Shown: in pieces, positions 48,995-58,009 of the stretch | Numbering within the stretch: the first letter of the stretch is position 1 | Layout of the letters: each line of letters begins with the position of its first letter | DNA from: Oligoflexales bacterium | Lineage (GTDB): Bacteria > Bdellovibrionota_B > Oligoflexia > Oligoflexales > CAIYRB01 | Direction of reading: 5' to 3' | DNA: 64,000 bases | Assembly: GCA_041736175.1 (NCBI GenBank) | Contig: JBGSUI010000148.1 | Coordinates: 63,640 to 127,639 of the forward strand | The notes under the pieces: generated by a model | Told to the model about the DNA's origin: nothing | Database searches by the model: none | The model's input: the letters and a program-made list of their open reading frames with translations, nothing else | Position numbers and translations under genes: made by a program

Positions 48995-49630
48995 ATGGCT
49001 TCAACTCCTAAACCAACATTTGCCAAAAGAAAAATCCTCATGGTCCTGGTGATTATGACCTTGACAGGTTTTGGGGCCGAGTGGGCCCGCCGGCGACGGC
49101 AGAAAATGGACGCTCTTTCAGCACGCAATTTTTTATACGAGCGAACCAAAGGACTTTTGGAGCAGAAAATGATATTAAAAATGGCCGCCATGCAGCTGGA
49201 CTTAGGCCCTGGAAATGCCGCTCTTAATCACTGCCTAGCTACACCACCTGTTGACTGTACCGCATGGGGTCCTGACTCTCAAGTAGCCTTTGGTTTGCGT
49301 TCTGGTGCTGATCCAAGCAGCCCTATGATTGTAGGTACTAATACCCAACCAGCTATTTATAGCTCCATCGGGAGCCAAACCTGTAACGACCAAGGTCCAG
49401 AGTGTGCTGCTTGGAGCATCGAAGCCTGGTTTTGGGCTGAGTGTCCCAGGATGCCCCTTGCAACTAAAGATGAGCTATGTCAGTCAGAACCTAAAATTTT
49501 TATCAGGCATAGGGTAAGAGGTCTTAATGACTATCGCTATGAAGCGAGTCAACCCGATGCTGAATATTTTGAGAGTACTCCAGTGGCAAGTGCTTTCCAA
49601 TGGAAAGAACCTCGCGAAGGCACCAAATGA
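48995..49630 (+). CDS. Cys-rich pilin-like paralogue lacking a canonical prepilin cleavage site
   Basis: N-terminal hydrophobic helix; shares the NAALxxC...C...Y...G..C...F.aeCP...C domain with 51027, 52105 and 53123. ATG 48995 preferred because the longer ORF overlaps the divergent SDR gene. Confidence 0.65.
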   Translation: MASTPKPTFAKRKILMVLVIMTLTGFGAEWARRRRQKMDALSARNFLYERTKGLLEQKMILKMAAMQLDLGPGNAALNHCLATPPVDCTAWGPDSQVAFGLRSGADPSSPMIVGTNTQPAIYSSIGSQTCNDQGPECAAWSIEAWFWAECPRMPLATKDELCQSEPKIFIRHRVRGLNDYRYEASQPDAEYFESTPVASAFQWKEPREGTK

Positions 49631-50790
49631 AACAACCTACTCACTTGGCTGAATCTTCTGCTGAGGACCCTTCCTTAGGCAAGTTAGGAAAATCACATCT
49701 TCCTCGATTTGTTGGGCTTGATGCCATCCGCTTTGTGAGTTTTATCGCCATTTGCATTTTCCACATAACTTATATTCACTACTTCACTCGTGACATTGCC
49801 ATCGCTAAAGAACTTGTCATATTCGAGTGGATGGAGGTTTTTACCAGAAGCTTGGCTTTCAGCGGATTTACGATTGCGTTTTTGACCAGTTTATTGACTG
49901 CCTACTCAGGTAAAGGACTTCTCAAACGTGCTCGCCTGTTTTTGTTTCTGATCATTGGATGGTTTTTATTTTCTGTGCTTTTAGACTCAGGTCCAGAACT
50001 CCTAGTTTGGGATATCTATCCGCTTATATTTATAGGTGTTTTTATTTCCACACTCGCTGAAGCAAAAAAACCCGAATGGAGTCGAGTTTTAGGATTCATT
50101 GGTTTTATGATGTTATGGGTTCCTTTTTGGAAAATTTCGCAATGGTATCCTATTCCCGAGTTACCTCTGGACTTTCATGCTGTTTTAGGGTTTGCCGACT
50201 GCCTAAAATATCAGGTTGAATGGCCTATTTTCCCTTGGATTGGACTTATCTGGTTTGGATACGCCAGTGGACAAGCCTTACGAATGGAGCTGTCAAGAGA
50301 TGGGCAGGCCGATCTAACATCTCGATCACAGGGTATACCAATTCATTTACCAGAATTATGCGTGTGGATTTTATTTATCGGTCTCGGAGTTCCATTTTGG
50401 GGATACTTTTACCACATTAAACTCGCAGAATTTTTTGCTTGCGAAGCTTATAGACAACCCCCGTATGTCTGGTGGTCTCACATGATGATTCCAGTTTTTT
50501 TGATACGAGCCTCACTAGATCCGAAAGTTGACACATTTTTAGGTCGACTAAAGCCTTTGGTTTGGATCAGTCATTTGGCAATTTCTCGTAAGTTCTGGGT
50601 TGGCTATCTCTTTAGCTACTTATTAGCCCATGCCACTTCCTACCTCGGCACACTTTCAGGACTTGAACAAACTCCTTGGAGAGTCGCAGCTACCGCAATT
50701 TTTTGTGCGGGGTATTTTGTAAGCATAGAAGTATTTACCCGACTTGCATTGAGCCTAGTCGATAAATTGAGCCACAAAAAAATCATATAA
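49627..50790 (+). CDS. Multi-pass membrane acyltransferase-like protein (DUF1624/HGSNAT- or Acyl_transf_3-like)
   Basis: RFVGLDAIRFVSFIAICIFH and WPIFPWIGLIWFG motifs, about 10 TMs; ATGA overlap with the upstream gene. Confidence 0.62.
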   Translation: MKQPTHLAESSAEDPSLGKLGKSHLPRFVGLDAIRFVSFIAICIFHITYIHYFTRDIAIAKELVIFEWMEVFTRSLAFSGFTIAFLTSLLTAYSGKGLLKRARLFLFLIIGWFLFSVLLDSGPELLVWDIYPLIFIGVFISTLAEAKKPEWSRVLGFIGFMMLWVPFWKISQWYPIPELPLDFHAVLGFADCLKYQVEWPIFPWIGLIWFGYASGQALRMELSRDGQADLTSRSQGIPIHLPELCVWILFIGLGVPFWGYFYHIKLAEFFACEAYRQPPYVWWSHMMIPVFLIRASLDPKVDTFLGRLKPLVWISHLAISRKFWVGYLFSYLLAHATSYLGTLSGLEQTPWRVAATAIFCAGYFVSIEVFTRLALSLVDKLSHKKII

Positions 50791-50923
50791 ATTCTGTTTA
50801 ATAATATATCATCTCCTCCTGATCAATTATGACCGACGGTTACAAAGGGAACGAATCTCTGTGTGACGGGTATGTTCCTGATCAGGCCTAACTCCCTAAT
50901 AACATGATTTTTTATTTTCCAGC

Positions 50924-50951
50924 TCAATTTTAAGCTCCAATAAACCGATGT
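50924..50951 (+). promoter_or_regulatory. Sigma28/FliA-like promoter
   Basis: TCAA-N16-ACCGATGT upstream of the pilin-like operon. Confidence 0.45.
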
Positions 50952-51026
50952 CTTTATGGTCAGGAGATTTAGGTTTTTCCCCTGTTGGCCTCAGCCCTGG
51001 GGTTCTAAGTCCGAGATTGGGAATCT

Positions 51027-52088
51027 ATGACTGTTAAGGAGTTAAAACCAAAGGAACGCTACAGGCAGCAAGGATCTGCTGTTCTTTATGCCATTGTGGC
51101 CACAGGCGCTATGGCTATAGGCTTAATTTCTTTTAACCTATTTGTGGACAACAACCAAAAAGAAAACTACATCAATCGCCTTAAGGATGCTCGAACAGTT
51201 GCTTTCCGAAACCTCATGGCAATGGCTAGCTCCACCAGTTCTCTGTACCTAAGCAGCCTTAGGCCTGGTGCGAATAACGCCAAGCTGCGAGCCTGTATAG
51301 ATCGCGGCGGTGGACTTTGTCTTGCAAATGAATTCCTTCCTATTCAACTTTATGTACCATTCGCTCCCGGTCAGCCCCCCGTTCTTGTCACATCGAATGA
51401 TCCTGCTGGTGGTGATAATCAAGGGCGATTTACTGTGAGTGGATTTCCAAGCAATACCTGCACCAATATCGCTGCATGTGCATTTTTTGGAAGGGTGTTC
51501 TTTAAGGGTGAATGTCCCAACGGAGCCGCATCCTGCAGCCAAGCCCTGCGGATCATCGTCAGACCAGTCATCCATTATCGCCTTAGCCCCGCAAACCAGT
51601 TTCTAGATTGGATGCGGCAATTACGCCTCGCGAATCTTCCTACCAGCGCAGAAATTGCTTCTCGTCCTCAGGATTTTGAAAAGGCGATTTATGCTCGAGA
51701 TATTGAACTCGCTGGAGGAGCAGTCCTCTGTCCTGCTAACTCTATGATCAATGGAGTCAATGCTGCTGGTATGGCCACTTGTACTTGTAAAACTGGGTTT
51801 ACCAATAACAACGGAAGCGCCACTAATCCCGACTGCAGACCCATGGCAAAATGCCAAGACCCTTCTGTGCTTATTGGAATCAATCCGGATGGGACTCCCC
51901 TCTGTTACCGTCCAGCAGCAACTCAATATGTTTGCTGGACTATTTATAGTTCTGGCACCAACAATACTTTTGATTGTGGCGCAAATGGACGAATGAAAGG
52001 CGCTTATATTGCCGATGACTGTTTAGTCGACAGCAGCGGCATCGTCCATTGCGATAACGTACGAATAAACTGCTGTAAACCCCAATAG
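51027..52088 (+). CDS. Cys-rich type IV minor pilin-like protein (PilX/GspK-type N-terminus)
   Basis: RQQG|SAVLYAIVATGAMAIG (no Glu5); C-terminal Cys modules ending in CC. Confidence 0.72.
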   Translation: MTVKELKPKERYRQQGSAVLYAIVATGAMAIGLISFNLFVDNNQKENYINRLKDARTVAFRNLMAMASSTSSLYLSSLRPGANNAKLRACIDRGGGLCLANEFLPIQLYVPFAPGQPPVLVTSNDPAGGDNQGRFTVSGFPSNTCTNIAACAFFGRVFFKGECPNGAASCSQALRIIVRPVIHYRLSPANQFLDWMRQLRLANLPTSAEIASRPQDFEKAIYARDIELAGGAVLCPANSMINGVNAAGMATCTCKTGFTNNNGSATNPDCRPMAKCQDPSVLIGINPDGTPLCYRPAATQYVCWTIYSSGTNNTFDCGANGRMKGAYIADDCLVDSSGIVHCDNVRINCCKPQ

Positions 52089-52104
52089 GAGCAAAAAAGT
52101 ACAA

Positions 52105-53136
52105 TTGCATCATTTAAAAAGAATTTTTTATAACACTTGGCCAGGGGGTGGGCGACAAAAGGGCATGTCCCTTGTGGAGATCTTGGTCGCGCTTGCCATT
52201 GGTGCTGGCGTGATGGTTGTTGCTACACAAATGATGGACCACACAACAAACTCGATCGATAAAGCCAAGCAGATAAGCGAACGAGACCGTCTAGTTAGAC
52301 AGCTCCAGTCTAGCCTTGCAGATAAAACCACCCTACTCAGGACCGCCCAAAGGGTCCCGGTGGTTGGTGCCTGCGTATTACCAAACGATGGACGCATATG
52401 CACAGGACCCACATCGGCAACGCGGCAGATTCAGATCCCCTATGATTCAAAAGCCAATGGTCTTATACCCCGGACCGGTAAACTCTATGGGCCAGGGGGC
52501 GAACCCAACAAACCAAAGGGGTGGCGGGTCAATGTATGGTTCTATGCAACCTGTCCGAACAATGCTGCGACTTGCGCCGAAGCACGGACGGCCTACCTCA
52601 GATTTCAAGTTGTGAGAGAACCAAATAGTTCTGTAGATCCGAAAATCAATTCAGTACCTTTAGAGACCGAGTTTAATGCCAATAAATCTCAATTTGTTGT
52701 GGCCCATGAAGTGGGTGGACTGCTAGGCCTCAGAAGAGATCAAGCTTGCCCGGCAAATTCCTTCCAAGTCGGCACAGATGGGACAGGAACAGTGATCTGC
52801 CAGTGCCGAGACAGCATGGGGTCGTTGGTTGGGCCCAATGGAAGCTGCTCGCTAGCGTCGCTTATTTGCCGCATTGATCCCGCCAATGACTACTACGAAA
52901 TGATGGTCGGGATGGAGCGGGACGGTCGACCGATATGTGCTCGTACGCGGATGGTGTGTGGCAATATCAACTTCGATCAAACCAAGGGGTCTGAAAATTG
53001 TCCCAATGCAGGTTGGCTGATTAGTATCACCCTCGGGGTATGTCGGGCGGTACCTGCTGGCAAAAAAGCAAGTGGTGCCAGACCTATTGAATGTTCTACC
53101 AATCGAGGGAGGTGTTGTTGGTATGCACTCTTCTAG
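52105..53136 (+). CDS. Cys-rich type IV pilin-like protein
   Basis: Class III signal QKG|MSLVEILVALAIGAG with Glu5; TTG start after an AGGAG-like site. Confidence 0.82.
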   Translation: MHHLKRIFYNTWPGGGRQKGMSLVEILVALAIGAGVMVVATQMMDHTTNSIDKAKQISERDRLVRQLQSSLADKTTLLRTAQRVPVVGACVLPNDGRICTGPTSATRQIQIPYDSKANGLIPRTGKLYGPGGEPNKPKGWRVNVWFYATCPNNAATCAEARTAYLRFQVVREPNSSVDPKINSVPLETEFNANKSQFVVAHEVGGLLGLRRDQACPANSFQVGTDGTGTVICQCRDSMGSLVGPNGSCSLASLICRIDPANDYYEMMVGMERDGRPICARTRMVCGNINFDQTKGSENCPNAGWLISITLGVCRAVPAGKKASGARPIECSTNRGRCCWYALF

Positions 53137-54250
53137 AAAGCCATTAATTGGCCAAAGTGGCTACTCTATCCTAGAGGTCCTTATTGCCCTGGGCATTTTG
53201 GGTATTAGTTTTTCGGCTATGGTTAACCTTCTCACAAATACAGAGCGATCCGATAAAATAGAGACCATCAAAGCCACACAAAGAATGCTTGCCGATAAAA
53301 TCGCCTTGGTCATTACCAATCCCCAATCCTTAGCGAATTCTCTTAGGAAACCGGGCACAGGCAATGCCGCTCTACGAAACTGTGTGATCGATGGAAATAT
53401 CTGTGCCCATATCGGACAAAACCTCGCTCGGGGATTTTATCTAGCTGACCCCCAAGATTCATTGGGTGGATCTATGCCTGCCCTCGCAGGCCCACCAACC
53501 CAAACAGTGCGCTATAACACTAAAGGCCAACTTTGCAACACAGGCCCCTCCTGCGTTTTTCGCGCCCAGGTTGAGTTTTGGGGTGTTTGCGATTTAGACC
53601 GTAGCCTACCTATCCCTTCTCCACTTCCCACATGCGCCCAACCCATTGATTTAATGTTTCGCTACAAAGTGACAGCTCATTATCCTGGAGCCAATCTTTC
53701 TGACTACCCTCCCACAACCACAGATCCATTTAGCGGCGTTTTTCTGATTCGCCGTTCCGATCTTGCTACCGTTGCTAACCAGCGGTGTGCTCCCTATCAA
53801 CGTCAAGTGGGAGTTGACACCAAGGGTAATATCATCTGCGAGTGTATCGTTAAGGAGACAGATTCCAGCGGTAACATCCAGTATGAAAGCAATGGCCAAC
53901 CTAGGTGTGGGCGACAAAGGTGTCCAAGCACTGGGAGTCTCCAGCAAGTTATGGTGGGCTTTGATGCCAATGGCAATATCAAGTGCATTAACCAAAACAT
54001 CTGCGCTGCTGCCCATCAAGCAATTGCCAACGGAACAGCTACGGGTGCTGACTACACGACCGCCCAACTCTGCCCTTGCGAGCAAATCGTGATAAGCGAT
54101 CCCAACAGGTCTCAATGCTCCCCGGGGTATTGGATGGTAAACCTTACCTGGGGTCAGTGTTGGGCGGTCACCGACAAGTCCAAGGCTAATCCTGAAGTGG
54201 TAAAATGCGACAATAATATTGGTGTTTGCTGTAAAATAGATGCTGATTAG
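53123..54250 (+). CDS. Cys-rich type IV pilin-like protein
   Basis: Class III signal QSG|YSILEVLIALGILG with Glu5; ends GVCCKIDAD. Confidence 0.82.
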   Translation: MHSSRKPLIGQSGYSILEVLIALGILGISFSAMVNLLTNTERSDKIETIKATQRMLADKIALVITNPQSLANSLRKPGTGNAALRNCVIDGNICAHIGQNLARGFYLADPQDSLGGSMPALAGPPTQTVRYNTKGQLCNTGPSCVFRAQVEFWGVCDLDRSLPIPSPLPTCAQPIDLMFRYKVTAHYPGANLSDYPPTTTDPFSGVFLIRRSDLATVANQRCAPYQRQVGVDTKGNIICECIVKETDSSGNIQYESNGQPRCGRQRCPSTGSLQQVMVGFDANGNIKCINQNICAAAHQAIANGTATGADYTTAQLCPCEQIVISDPNRSQCSPGYWMVNLTWGQCWAVTDKSKANPEVVKCDNNIGVCCKIDAD

Positions 54251-54284
54251 ATTTTTTGCAAGTTTATGGAAAGTTTAAGGAGCA

Positions 54285-54992
54285 ATGGTGCAATTCTTCG
54301 CCTTGATGACTGCATTCTGTGCGATGGGATTTCAGTTAACTTTGGCTCAATGCATTACGGGTCTCTTAGGTGGGGCGGTCCTCCAATATAGCCTGGTGAT
54401 TGGCCTCTTTATTGGCAGCCTGGGTATGGGTGCTGCCACGGTGGCTTGGAAAAATTATCCTAGGCAATACGAAATTTTATTTGCCATTGAATGTCTGCTC
54501 TCATGGATAACTCCTCTGATTGCAATCATTATATTCAAGCTTGATGCCCATGGGTTAGCCCTTCTAGGGGCAACGATTTTGTCAATTTTAGGGGGCTTTT
54601 TATCCGGCATGGAACTTCCCCTTCTTGTCTCAGACGCCGAACTCTCAGTGAATGCTTCCACTAAAATCGATGAAACAAATCAAATTCAGAGACTTGTTGG
54701 CATAGATTTTTTGGGTACCTTTGCTGCTGCTGTAGCAGGTCCATTAGTCCTGTTTCCTCTGCTCAATCTAACAGGAACCAGTGCATTTCTCGGGATCTTG
54801 AGTGCAGTGGCTGCTGGAATTCCACTCCGATTAATTCTCATTAAAAACAATTTTTCTAACAAAATTAAATCATTAATATTTAGTATGTCCCTTTGCAATT
54901 TAATTTTCTCTGTAGGACTCTTTGCGGAAAGACGATCTATCGCCCAATGGCTATCTGACCAAACTTTTACCGCAATGAGTGAGGAAGATTGA
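54285..54992 (+). CDS. Stand-alone membrane domain of the membrane-bound spermidine-synthase family
   Basis: AFCAMGFQL..LLGGAVLQYSLVIGLFIGSLGMGA, GFLSGMELPL and GIDFLGTF; no catalytic domain. Confidence 0.75.
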   Translation: MVQFFALMTAFCAMGFQLTLAQCITGLLGGAVLQYSLVIGLFIGSLGMGAATVAWKNYPRQYEILFAIECLLSWITPLIAIIIFKLDAHGLALLGATILSILGGFLSGMELPLLVSDAELSVNASTKIDETNQIQRLVGIDFLGTFAAAVAGPLVLFPLLNLTGTSAFLGILSAVAAGIPLRLILIKNNFSNKIKSLIFSMSLCNLIFSVGLFAERRSIAQWLSDQTFTAMSEED

Positions 54993-54993
54993 A

Positions 54994-56820
54994 ATGAATT
55001 CAAGTTATAAAACCACGGCCAATAGAAGTCAAAGTTTGCCCACGCTGATAACAATGCCGAAATCTGCTCCAACATGGTTGTTCTTTTCTGGCGCAACTTT
55101 ACTTGCATTTTGTTCTGTTCTCTACGAATTGCTCTTGGCCAAAATAATTGTTGATATCACTGGAGACTCCATAACTTGGGAAAGTATGACCATAGCCTTC
55201 TTTTTAGCTGGTATGGGGTTTAGGGCTTATTTTGGAATGCACGATAAAGGAATCGCACTATTAGATAGACTCATTGAAGCTGAGAGATCGATTATTTTAG
55301 CTGCACTTTGCAGCTATCCGTTTATCGTTGGAGTTGAGTTGCTCTACCGAGTTTACTTTTATGATCTTGGAATTCTACGAGAGCAAAGTCTTATCCCACC
55401 GATTGTGTTTGTAGGGTTGATCAGTCAGATTTTTAGCCTAGCGATTGGCTGGGCCTCGGGAGCAGAAATTGTGTTTTTTTTATCTGCCGCAAGCCCAGAA
55501 ATGGTGAAGCCCATCAAGAACAGGGCAGCAAAAGTACTTGCCGTGTACCATCTAGGAGCCTTTTTAGGTACTGGATTCTTCGTCAGCTTGACACTCCGAG
55601 GCTCTGACCCCACTCGAGCAATCTTGGGAGTTGCATTACTAAATTCTGGGATCTTGATTTTGGGACTTTTGTGGCGCAAACAATTCAAATCCGATTCTCA
55701 GAGCATCCAACAAGAAAAAATCTCCCAATTGAGAACACTCCAGATTTTATCACCAATTGCGGTCCTTTTCTTAGTGCTGGCCATAGCCACGGAACCACTT
55801 ACCGCACTTAAGCTTAAAAATAGGTACTTCAATCAATACAGTACGTCTTTTGATCAGCAGGGGCTTAGTGTCAACCACAATCCCTGGTGGCTTAAATCCA
55901 CTTGGGATTTATTGACTCAATCTCCCTCGATTAAGAGGGTTAGGACTCCCTATCAAGTGATTGATAGGATCGATGAACCTGGTCAAGAAAGCCTTTTCAT
56001 CAACGGTCGATTTCAGATCGATCGTATGACCGCAGACGACTATCATTCAAGTCTAGTCATCCCAGCCATGGCACTCATGGGAAAAGTACCAGAAAGAATT
56101 CTTATCTTGGGGGGTGGAGATGGCGTGCTTGCTGGTACTTTAGCCCATCTAGAGCTTAAAATAACGCAGGTTGATCTGGTAGATATCGATGAGGAAGTTA
56201 TTAAAATGGCAAAAGAGGTCCCTTGGATACGATCACTTAACGGTGACACCCTAAATCAATGGGCTCCTCTTAAGGTTCATGTTATGGATGCAATTGCTTT
56301 TTTGCGAGAAGATATGCCATGGGGCTATCCTAGCAAACAACGGCAAAATGGCCCTTTTGACTTGATCTATATCGACTTAACCTATCCCTACGAAGCTGAT
56401 AGTGTGAGATTTTATAGTTTAGAGTTTTTCCGTATGATCCGTAAAAATCTTCGTTCCTTAGGGGCAGTAGCCCTAGGAGTTCCTTTTGACTTACAACGGT
56501 CTAGCCAGGAGGTTTGGGTCAAACAATTTTTATGGACTCTCAGCAAAGCAGGGTTTAGCGAAATGACTACATATGGGTTTGATGCAAGTAATTTTGCAGT
56601 TATTTCCAACGCCCCACAAGTAACATCCCCCCTTTCCAGCCCATTTCTTGCCTATTTTAAAAATCACCAAAACCAAGCAAAAATCCTAGGTCGGCTACAA
56701 AAATCTTTTGCGCCACTCCAATGGACCCGCTGGAAATTATCAGATATTCCAAAGTCTCAAGCAGACGTTTTTAGTCTCCTTAATCCAGGCCATGGTACAA
56801 TTGAGGATAGCTTTTACTAA
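54994..56820 (+). CDS. Membrane-bound spermidine synthase-like (polyamine aminopropyltransferase family) protein
   Basis: N-terminal TM domain (AFCSVLYELLLA); RTPYQVI, LFINGRFQ, ILILGGGDG, VDIDEEV, DA and FDLIYIDLTYP..FYSLEFF. Confidence 0.82.
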   Translation: MNSSYKTTANRSQSLPTLITMPKSAPTWLFFSGATLLAFCSVLYELLLAKIIVDITGDSITWESMTIAFFLAGMGFRAYFGMHDKGIALLDRLIEAERSIILAALCSYPFIVGVELLYRVYFYDLGILREQSLIPPIVFVGLISQIFSLAIGWASGAEIVFFLSAASPEMVKPIKNRAAKVLAVYHLGAFLGTGFFVSLTLRGSDPTRAILGVALLNSGILILGLLWRKQFKSDSQSIQQEKISQLRTLQILSPIAVLFLVLAIATEPLTALKLKNRYFNQYSTSFDQQGLSVNHNPWWLKSTWDLLTQSPSIKRVRTPYQVIDRIDEPGQESLFINGRFQIDRMTADDYHSSLVIPAMALMGKVPERILILGGGDGVLAGTLAHLELKITQVDLVDIDEEVIKMAKEVPWIRSLNGDTLNQWAPLKVHVMDAIAFLREDMPWGYPSKQRQNGPFDLIYIDLTYPYEADSVRFYSLEFFRMIRKNLRSLGAVALGVPFDLQRSSQEVWVKQFLWTLSKAGFSEMTTYGFDASNFAVISNAPQVTSPLSSPFLAYFKNHQNQAKILGRLQKSFAPLQWTRWKLSDIPKSQADVFSLLNPGHGTIEDSFY

Positions 56821-56841
56821 ATTCCCATTTGGGGGAAGGAC

Positions 56842-57936
56842 TTGAGCCAAAACGCGGCAAAGGGCGGCCCAGGTCAAACAAACCTGGAGCAAAAATCAAC
56901 CTCTCCCCGCGAACCCGCTAGAACCAGCGAGCATGGCGCAAAATTAAAAAATAGAAAAAACTTCTGGCTACAAAGGGTGGTGGCTTTTTTATCGCAAGTC
57001 GTTGCCAGTAAATGGGAGTCTCTTGGTGTATACCGCTACGCGGCCCTTACTGGCTTTATTCTGGTGATTCTGTTGATCATCACAGCGACTGATCGCCTGC
57101 TTTGGCAGAGCCACTTGGAATCTTGGCACTACCGAGCGCAAATGAGTCGGTTGATAACTCAAAGCCTAAGTCGTATCAATAAGGACTGGAGCGTTGAAAT
57201 AGTGCAATCACAATCAGTGGGTTACCTAGAGGTTTCTATGCCGATCATTAAATTCTTCAATCAAGAAAAAATGGTATTTACTGCCAAGGCTAGGGGTAAC
57301 CTTGATCTGGTGCCTCATATTTTTTCTGGCTATGGACTGATCACCTTAAGTGGCAGGGTCTATGGAGGAGGTGCTTTTAATTTGGTTCATCGAATGAATT
57401 TAAGCGAGTTATGGAAAATCCTGTCAGATTTTAGTTTACCTGTACCAGAATTATTTAAGATCTCAATTCGCGACATCCCAGAAACGGTGCTTTGGGGACT
57501 TTGGCCCGCCTTAAAAACCTCCCGCCGCCTTAGCCTCACCGACATCAAACTCAGTGGATTCGGCGTGTTTCAACGAGGCAAAAGGCCCTTTCGAATGGAA
57601 ATGAGGCCAGGACGGGTCCACCTTAGGGCTTTAGGCGGTACCTTAGCCCTTAAGATCCGATCTAAACCGATAAAAATCGAGTGCCAATCGAGGCAATGCG
57701 AACTTTTAGAAAGTGTAACTCTGTCTCCCGCTATCGGTGAAATAACGATTAAAAAAGGCATTTTTTACTGGGACAGGAAAATTAAAGGCAACGACCTTAT
57801 GCTTCATGGTCAATGGACTCCTACTCAGGACAGGTCAGAGAATATTTTTGCCTCTATATTAGGTTGTGCCCTACCCATCAAGTCGAGAACATGGTCCATC
57901 TCTGGCGATTTTTCCAAACCTACTTGCTCCCCTTAA
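56842..57936 (+). CDS. Single-TM beta-rich protein, GspN/AsmA-like (tentative)
   Basis: One TM helix followed by extended beta-strand pattern; C-terminal WSISGDFSKP recalls the GspN/AsmA xIxGxxxxP end. Confidence 0.45.
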   Translation: MSQNAAKGGPGQTNLEQKSTSPREPARTSEHGAKLKNRKNFWLQRVVAFLSQVVASKWESLGVYRYAALTGFILVILLIITATDRLLWQSHLESWHYRAQMSRLITQSLSRINKDWSVEIVQSQSVGYLEVSMPIIKFFNQEKMVFTAKARGNLDLVPHIFSGYGLITLSGRVYGGGAFNLVHRMNLSELWKILSDFSLPVPELFKISIRDIPETVLWGLWPALKTSRRLSLTDIKLSGFGVFQRGKRPFRMEMRPGRVHLRALGGTLALKIRSKPIKIECQSRQCELLESVTLSPAIGEITIKKGIFYWDRKIKGNDLMLHGQWTPTQDRSENIFASILGCALPIKSRTWSISGDFSKPTCSP

Positions 57937-58009
57937 AAGGGACGAGATCGGTCTTCCGAGGCAGGTCGCTTATGCCATCGATAGCGCGTAAAACATAAAG
58001 GGCGTGTTC

